Origin: Akkermansiaceae bacterium
Lineage (GTDB): Bacteria; Verrucomicrobiota; Verrucomicrobiia; Verrucomicrobiales; Akkermansiaceae
Assembly (NCBI GenBank): GCA_041748235.1
Contig: JBGTDO010000029.1
Coordinates: 6,345 to 70,344, forward strand
Length of the DNA stretch: 64,000 nt
Reading direction: 5' to 3'
Each line of letters begins with the position of its first letter. The first letter of the stretch is position 1. The position numbers and the translations under genes are program-made. The notes under the pieces were generated by a model. The model made no database searches and was not told where the DNA came from. It saw only the letters and a program-made list of their open reading frames with translations. Below, in pieces: positions 36,736 through 45,200 of this stretch.

Positions 36736-39153
36736 ATGAAAAAATCGACCGCCACCCTCACCACCACCCTGGGCCTTCTACTGGGGTCTCTGCACGCGCA
36801 GACGGTGCCTCCGTTTATCAACTATCAGGGACGGGTGACCGATAGCTCGGGGGTGGGGCTGGGGACCGGAACCCCTGTCAATCGTAAGGTTATTTTCCGG
36901 GTCTTCGATGCTGCCACGGGCGGCACCAGGCTTTGGTCCGAACAACACACAGTGACGATTTCGAACGGCGAGTTCAGTGTTTTGTTAGGCAACGGCATTG
37001 ATGCTTTTTACAGCGGTAGCACGGAAACCCCGACCAAAACCAGCACCCCGCTGGATACGGTTTTTACAAGTCCTGGCATCCTGCGTTTTGTCGAAGTCGT
37101 TGTGGATAACGCGGACGGCGTATTCACCGCTGCCGATACCCCGATCACTCCCCGCCAACAGATCACGAGCACCGCATACAGCTTTCGCGCGCGCTCTGCG
37201 GATACCATCACCTCGGGAACCGACCTTCAAATCAACGGCAGCGCCGACTATGGTCTTGGCTACTATGGCGCGGGTCGCTTGTTCAACGGCACCCCCGTGA
37301 ACGGACCGGTTCTCTTCGGACAAGCCGGCGGTGCGCTTGGCTCCGTCAATGGCGCCGATAAAAGCATCGCGCTACGGTGGAACGCGGCGGGCGCGATCGG
37401 TATCGGCAGCGGGGAGCTTGCGGGAGCTGCGCCTACAACGAAGCTGCTTGTTCAAGGAGACGATCCCAATACCGTGCCCCAGCAAATCAACATCCGCGGC
37501 AACACTTCCACCAACAAGAGGTTGCTCATGGGCTACAACACGACCTTGGACTACGGTTCCATCCAGTCCCATAGCGGCGTTAGCGCCGCCAGCAACCTTT
37601 TGCTCAACCCTCTCGGAGGCAATGTGGGGATCGGTATGACCGCCGTTCCAGCGAACAAACTGACAGTCAACGGGAACTCTGAATTCAAGGGACGGGTTTC
37701 CGCCAATGGCAGTTCCGGCTATTCATTTGACACTGTCGGCGATACTGACGGCGGACTCTTCTCACCGGCAGACGGAACAATTGTCATCCGCACCGACGGT
37801 ACCGAAAAAGTGAGGGTCAGTCCGGCAGGTAACGTGGGAATTGGCACCGCCAGTCCCGTATTTCCGCTTAGTTTTTCAAACTCGATAGGCGATAAGATCA
37901 GTCTCTGGGGAGCGAGTGGAGCTCATTACGGATTTGGAATTGCCAACAGTTTACTGCAGATCCATAGCGACACGGCCTCGTCAGACATCGCCTTCGGTTA
38001 TGGCAGCAGTACTTCCATGACGGAAACTATGCGAATCAGCGGGAATGGCACCCTCTTCGTGAAAGGGGCGGATCCCTCTGTCTACATTGGCACGAGTGGT
38101 GGCACGCACGGCGCGGTTTACCTTGGTAACGCTAACCATGGGGTGAAGAGGTTCTATTCCAACGGGAATGATGTTGGCCTTTATACAACTGCGGCAGATC
38201 TTTATCTATCTGCCAACGGTAGTGGACAACGCAGTCATTTCGTCCTGAAAAACAACGGAAACGTGGGGATCGGGAATCCAAACCCCGCTGTGAAGCTGGA
38301 TGTTGCTGGAGCCACCTATTTAACCATGTCTGACGATAATAATTTTGGCTCGGGCATCGAATTTTACTCGAAGGCAGGACCACAAAATCTCTCCCCTGGT
38401 CAACAGACTAATCAGTGGGTGACTGTTCGTGCTGATGGATGGATCGCGGCCGGTTATGGCTTGGTCGTTTACTCCGACAAGCGGATCAAGAAACATGCTC
38501 AAGCGAGCATAACGACGGAAGATTTGGACGATATTCAGAAGCTGCAGGTAACCAATTACAAGATGATAGATCCTGCGAACGGCGGAAATGTTTGGCGGAA
38601 AGGCTTCATCGCGCAGGAAGTCGAAAAAGTAATTCCTGGGGCGATTTCGCAAAGCAAGGAGTTCGTGCCCAATCTTTTCACCCTCGCTACGGCCGCTGAA
38701 TACGATACCTCCGCGAAAACCTTGGCGTTGACCCTCAGCAAAGATCATGAGTTAAAGGTTGGCGATCGGGTGCGGCTTCATCTAGACGGAGAGCGGCATG
38801 ACCTCAAGGTCGGCGAAGTCTCTTCCCCTTCGGAGTTCGTGGTCAAGAACTGCACGAAAGCACCGGAGAAGGTTTTTGCCTGGGGGAAAGAGGTTAGCGA
38901 TTTTCGGACCGTTGACTATGATCGGATCTTCACTACTGCGGTGGGTGCCCTTCAAGAGTTGAAGCGCGAAAAAGATACCGAGGTAAAGACTTTGCTTGAC
39001 GAGAACTCGGAGCTTCGCGCCCGGGTCGCCGCACTCGAAGCCAAAGACGCAACTCGCGACGCCAAGCTTTCCGCAATTGAGAAGGTGCTGTCTTCCATCG
39101 ACGAAGCCACTCTCCGCACTGTGTCGCTGAAAAAAGGTGATCGGGCGGATTGA
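36736..39153 (+). CDS. Exported tail-fibre-like protein with peptidase S74 intramolecular chaperone (operon gene 3)
   Basis: Signal peptide; N-terminal INYQGR domain; repeated GNVGIG; YSDKRIKK...GFIAQEVEKVIP...VDYDRI...ALQEL plus a terminal coiled coil. Confidence 0.85.
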   Translation: MKKSTATLTTTLGLLLGSLHAQTVPPFINYQGRVTDSSGVGLGTGTPVNRKVIFRVFDAATGGTRLWSEQHTVTISNGEFSVLLGNGIDAFYSGSTETPTKTSTPLDTVFTSPGILRFVEVVVDNADGVFTAADTPITPRQQITSTAYSFRARSADTITSGTDLQINGSADYGLGYYGAGRLFNGTPVNGPVLFGQAGGALGSVNGADKSIALRWNAAGAIGIGSGELAGAAPTTKLLVQGDDPNTVPQQINIRGNTSTNKRLLMGYNTTLDYGSIQSHSGVSAASNLLLNPLGGNVGIGMTAVPANKLTVNGNSEFKGRVSANGSSGYSFDTVGDTDGGLFSPADGTIVIRTDGTEKVRVSPAGNVGIGTASPVFPLSFSNSIGDKISLWGASGAHYGFGIANSLLQIHSDTASSDIAFGYGSSTSMTETMRISGNGTLFVKGADPSVYIGTSGGTHGAVYLGNANHGVKRFYSNGNDVGLYTTAADLYLSANGSGQRSHFVLKNNGNVGIGNPNPAVKLDVAGATYLTMSDDNNFGSGIEFYSKAGPQNLSPGQQTNQWVTVRADGWIAAGYGLVVYSDKRIKKHAQASITTEDLDDIQKLQVTNYKMIDPANGGNVWRKGFIAQEVEKVIPGAISQSKEFVPNLFTLATAAEYDTSAKTLALTLSKDHELKVGDRVRLHLDGERHDLKVGEVSSPSEFVVKNCTKAPEKVFAWGKEVSDFRTVDYDRIFTTAVGALQELKREKDTEVKTLLDENSELRARVAALEAKDATRDAKLSAIEKVLSSIDEATLRTVSLKKGDRAD

Positions 39154-39250
39154 TAAGTTAGCTCGACCCGCCGTAGCCCCTCGCACGTCGCCCGAGCTTG
39201 CAAACCTCTGCCCTTTCTCAAATTCGATCCGCTCTCTGAATCTGCCCGCC

Positions 39251-42200
39251 ATGAACCGCTGCTGTTTATTTCTCTTCGCCCTGATCTCCCTGTTGATCGC
39301 TCAATCAGCACAGGCGCAATACGAGCTGAAGGCGGGCAACTTCAATAATGTCTTCGTCCCCCAGACCGCGTCGGGAACAGCCGCGACGCCTTCCGGTCCG
39401 CCAACTGTGGCGAATCCGGTGCCAACCGACCGACAGTTCTCCGCCATGGGGCAGGTGGCAGGGGCAGTCGGCCCGATCCTGAAGACGCCTCCCGCTCCAT
39501 ACTTGGAACGTTATCCAACAAACGGGACGCTCGTGCTGGCGCAGGCGACGATCGGTGGTGTCTTTGCGTCCGGAGTGCCGAGATATTCCCTGGGTGATGA
39601 GATCATCCCGCCTTCCACTGAGGCCGACGGTTTCACCATAGCAGGAGCTGGATACTGGCGTGTGCAGCCGGTGCAAGCGGGGGAAGTGTTTCAGATCGCC
39701 GGGAGCCCCAATATCCCCATGCCGCTGGTGGAGGTGGTGGTTTCCATTTCCTCGAACAATTCAACGAACGTAACGGTGGCCTCACCCGTTCCCGCGACAT
39801 TGGTGGTGGGATCAACGATTCTCGGACAGCCCATCACCCGGATCAGCGGTAACAATGTGACTCTCGCAGGAAACGCGAACGCCTCCATCACGAGCGCCAC
39901 CTCGGTTCCGATCACGCCCGCGACATCATTTTATTACAGTCCTCACGCGGAGAAGGTCTTCGCGTCCCAAGCGGGTCGCGTCACGATTACCTGGGTGAGT
40001 CGTACTCCGGTGAATGGCAACTACTTCACCAAGACGGAGGACTTTGCCGTCTCATCGACCACGAAGCGACCTGTTCGCACCATCTACTGGACCGAGGGAG
40101 CTTTTGATGGCCCGACCGTTCTGGTTACTGACAACCGGATTACCACCGTAAATCCGGCCTACTATCCTCTTGTTCCCAAAGCTGTTGCCCAAGAGGTCAG
40201 CATTCCTGGCAACAATCCGCTTACGCCAAACCTTACCACTCTTTCCTTCGATAAGTTTGGCGGCGTTGGCCAGCTTCATGCCTACAACGTTGAGGGTCGG
40301 ATTTTTATCGAATACCTCGGCAACGTTCGGGCTGCCGGGAGCATTTACGAATTCATTGGTTCTGACATTGTTGAAATGGTGCGGGTTCCGGAGCCCACAT
40401 ACTCGACAGTCCACCTCGGCAAGGAGATCACACCGCATGAACCCTCGGTCACCATCTCTGCACCACCCGGAGCCGGGACGACGGCGCAGGCAACCGCTAC
40501 GGTGGTGAACGGTGTGGTGACTGCCGTCAGCCTGATCGATGGTGGTAGTGGCTATGGGATTACTCCGCCCACAGTGAGCTTTGCGATTCCCGATTCGGGT
40601 ATCAAGGCAACCGCCAGTGCGACCGTGGCCAATGGCATGGTGACGGCAGTCACGCTCAACGATGGAGGCAGCGGATATCCGACGCTTACTCCATCCCCGG
40701 TGCGCAGCACTTTGCAAAATGCTGCCAGCTATTACGGAACTGGAGTACGTTCGGACAATTCCTCGGCCTATTTTGCCGAGCGGGATACGAGCGCGGCCAA
40801 TAATCCGGACAATGGAACTCCCGCCTCCCAGGACGCTTACAACAAGGTGGTTTTCTACTGGCTGGAGGAAGGCGATTTCAGCATCAAATGGCCGAAGTTC
40901 CAAGACCGTTACTGGCTCCGCTGGTCGCCCAATCTCTCGGATTACGCTCATTATACCGTGGGGCCGACCGGCAGTGACTCCGCCACCGGCATGACGTTTA
41001 CTGGTGGTTCGCTTCCGACGGTCGTTTATCAGGATGATCCCGCTCAAAAGGAGGCGGCGATAGATAACGCGAGCCAGCGGCTTCTCGTCACCTTCGGGCC
41101 GAACAGCGACAAACATAACCGTTCGCTGTTAAAGTTCAGCGGCAGCGGCTCGGTGTGGTATGTGAATCTCTACACCCAGACGGAGAACAGGCAGTCGTTG
41201 CTCAGTTCTACAAGCTCAACCACGAATGGTGTCACTACCGTCACCGTCAGTAGCACCAGTGGATTGGAAGTGGGAATGGTCGTTACGGGACCGGGCATCA
41301 ACGGTTCTACCGTCGTAGTTCGGATCATTGATGCGACGCGGCTTGTCATCTCGCAAAACATTGGTAATGCGACTAATCCCTTGGCTTATACGGTGGAGTC
41401 GGACCTGGATACTCCGGTAAACGCCGCCGCCGTTGTAGGGACACGTCTCCCGCCTCCGGCCGGGCACGAGTATGCAGGCTACATTTCGGGTGGCACCGGC
41501 TATTACCCGGCGGGTTATCTAAATCCCTTCGTTGTCGGCTTACCCGCAGCCAACAGGGGAGCAATCATTCCTGTGAACGCCATACCCGGAAATGATCTCA
41601 CCGTGCGGTGGTTTAAAAAAATCCCCGCACCGAGCGCAGCTTTCAGGGATTTGTATGTGCCAGGAAAAATTGGCCGCTACACAGTCAGTTATCCAGGGAT
41701 GACCACACCACAGATCGTTATCGCCCAAGGAGTGGGAACGGGTGATTTGTCAGGAGCGGAAGCAGCGGGGAGTGTTTACTATCAAAACGACCGCTCGCAG
41801 GTGGGATACAACCCGAATGAAGAACATGCCTTCCCGCTGGCACCCAGGGCATACGCTCTGCGTGAAGATCTCAATGTCACCAGTGGGTCGGACTACACCT
41901 CGGAGCCTTTCGTGCTGATGGCTTATACTGATGCCGTGGACAAGCGCCCCGCCATCCATGCTTACAAGGTGGTGCGCACAAGCAATGACTATGACTTCGA
42001 CTACTCTGCGACCGCAGGAACACTGCTAGTCAAACCGTATCCGCTGCCTTTGTTACCAGAGCCGATGGTGGGCGTTGGGACGGCACGCACTTCAAAGGAT
42101 CTTGAAATCGTAGGCGCGGACGATCCCACGAACGGAAGCGTGATCACCGATATCGCCTACAAGAGCTACACCTTCAAGGACCGCAAGGGCTTTACGTGGG

Positions 42201-45200
42201 TGCACCGCGGTCCCCATAGCACCGGAAGCCCGGTGCTTTCGATGAAGCTCTATTACCTCAGTCGCCCTGGCTTCTTCCTTCCCGGTTCCGGTGAACCTGC
42301 GGCTGGCACCGTGCTTCCGTTCCTACGTCATATCTCAAGACGGGGAACGCCTCTGAACATCAATGCGATCGACTCGAAAGCAGACGGAACCCCAGGTGGT
42401 ATTGATGAGCCGTTGACGGTGACCTATCGTCCGGCCTGGCCTACTGATGCGCCTGAGTTGAGGGTGGGTGAGACGCTGACATTGCCAAAGTTCGGGCTGC
42501 CTCAGGTTCGCGGGCAATTGAGCGCGCAGGTGGTCTACCAGCAATCGCTCGCCAATGCTCCAACCGCGACGGGACTCACCAACAACAGCGTCAGTCTTCA
42601 CGATCCCACCCGCGAGAAAACGGTTGATATCAGTGCGGGCGGGATCGGCCTGTCATCTGTGCCAGCAGCCATCAGGACGACCAGCTATCGGGGGAAAACC
42701 TACTTCCAAGGCTTGCCCCCGCACCTGCAGCAGCGCGTTTATCTCGATCCATTGCGAGGCAGCAAGGGAACTCTCGTCTTCATCGGCACGTTCCACGACG
42801 AGATCGCGGGCGAGGATTATCTCGATCTGAACCTTCTCTCTCAAACCGATGAAAATCTGCTCAAGGATCTCGTGCCTGAAGGTGCCACCGACAAGTCGAA
42901 GTGGGATGCCGCCATCGACGCCCTCAACACCAGGGTGGAAACCTTCAAGCCGGATCCAGCGAGATTTGGTTCACATATCGTAGATCCGGTAAAGAATGCG
43001 GACGTTGGAGAAAACGGTCTTGCGGTCATCAGCAGCCCGAACACCGCCGTTGACAGCTATGCCATCACCGCCACAGGGAAAGGAACCGGCTTTGTCACCA
43101 TGGTCTTTGGCGACGGTGGTAATCCGGACCAGCAGCCGCAAGGGGATCCGGTGCAGGTAAAAGTATTCAGGGTGGCCGACCAGCTTTACGTCGGAGATTT
43201 GAAGGTGCTCCAGTCGAGCAATCCGCTCGATGAAAAAGTCACCCTCCGGCATAGCGGCGACTTCGCAGGCAATCCGGAGGATTACGAATTCGATTGGCGA
43301 TGGACGACTGGCGCAGCCTCAGCTCCGACCACGTATGCCACTACAATCACAAAACGTATCGGTGATCCGACCGCTTCGACGCACACCTGGGACGTGGTTC
43401 GGGATCCGGGAGCTCTGCTGCCAACGGAAACGCAATATGCGAACGCCGGGGCATCATTGCCTTTCCCCCGGACCGAAAACGTTCGTCTGGTGAAGTTCGT
43501 GCTCGATGCGCAGAAACAGCCGACGGCGACCGTGATCGATGCGGAGAGCTACACCGACGCGGAAATAAACCAGGGCTTTCCGAGCATTGTGCTAAGATCC
43601 AACGCAGGTGTCGATTTTTCAGATGGTGTTCCAGGAAGCATCATTTTCAGCGCGAGCATGGGAACGTTCGATGGCTTCGTGCTGTACGTGAACAAGAAGG
43701 CTGTGCTGGCCCACAAGGCGCCGACACCGCAATTCACTCTGACCAGCTCTAGCACGGGTCTAACCGAGGCCGGCTTGCTTAAGCAGTTTCACGTCGCTCC
43801 CAGCTACTTTACCGAGGGCCAGAATACGATCGAGGTAGCCATCTACACGACTGCGGATCCCAATTCGCAATCGTCGCTCAACTTCATGCTGGAAGCCGCT
43901 CAGGAAGCGGATGTCGTTACGTCCGGTGGCGTTTGGCAGGAATCCAGTGATCCCGCTGGAATCAATACCAACACGGCAGTGGTGGGCGGTTCTCCGACAC
44001 TGCCGTTTGGTGGCCCGCAGTTCGTCCTCAACGACCGTTGGTTCACGATGCGCTACCGGCCGAAAGTCAACACAGGCAACATTCTCGCTCCCGGCGACAC
44101 CCAGTCTGAAGTGGGCTGGTCGCGGTGGATGGAAGCTCGGAATGTTGAAGGATGGGTCAAGCGGGTTCTGGCCGCGATCAACCCCTTCGAACAGCGCATG
44201 AAAGATCTGTACAACAATCAGGTCGACACAGACGTCAGCGTGATCACCCAGGCAGGCAAACGCTGGGAAGGGGATATCGCCCTGACAATGGACAACATCA
44301 GCAGCACGGGCTTGATCGAAATTTACGAAACGGTCCTCAACCGCGCAAAGGACATGAGCATCGACGCCAACACGAACGATGCGGACTCCAACAACGCGCT
44401 AACGCTGGCCGCCGGCTACTTGAACGACCTCTATACCCTGCTTGGCAACGAGGCCTACGCCGACGCGGCCAATCCCACAATCTCGATCGACGATCAGAAC
44501 AGCGTTTCCGAGGTGAACACCAGCCGCTTCGCCTTTGAAGCGCAGGTCTCAAGCTCGCTGGAGGAGGAACTCGCCCTGTTGCGAGGGCGCACCGACTCGG
44601 TCAGCCCGGGAGTGAAAACCTCGCCTGCATACAACCGCCTTTACTGGAACTACACCCGCGGCATCAACAGCGGAGAAGTCATCTACGCCATCAACTACAA
44701 CATCAAGGAGAAGGTGGGCAGTAGCACTGCCAACGGGATTATCGACGAATCGGATGCACAACGGATGTTCCCGCAGGGACATGGAGATGCATACGGCCAT
44801 TACCTGACAGCCCTTACCGGCTATTACCGTCTCTTGAGCAACAGCAACTTCACCTGGACTCCGCGCGCCGAGGCCGTGACCGTGCTTGGCCAGCCGGTGA
44901 CCGTGGATTACATGGACGAACGGAAATTTGCGGCTGCCGCTGGCAACGTGGCACGCACCGCCCAGCAAATCTGTTCATTGGTATATCGCCAGAATTACAA
45001 AGACGATCCCTCCGGCGGCTGGACCAATTATCGTGACCTGAAGAGCGCCAATGTGCAGACCGGTGTGAAAGGCCACCAAGGTCTCGATGAATGGGTAAGC
45101 CGCAGCAGCCAAGGTGCGCTCTACCATTGGGCGGTTGCAAATGCCCTCGTGCCGGATGTGGATCTTACGAACAGTGGAGTGCAGAAAATCGACCGCAGCA

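Noticed and set aside
39137-39250. Upstream start of the giant ORF given by the track
   Set aside because: It overlaps the previous gene; ATG 39251 yields a clean signal peptide.
40052-41116. 354-aa minus-strand ORF inside the giant gene
   Set aside because: Shadow frame with no recognisable motifs.
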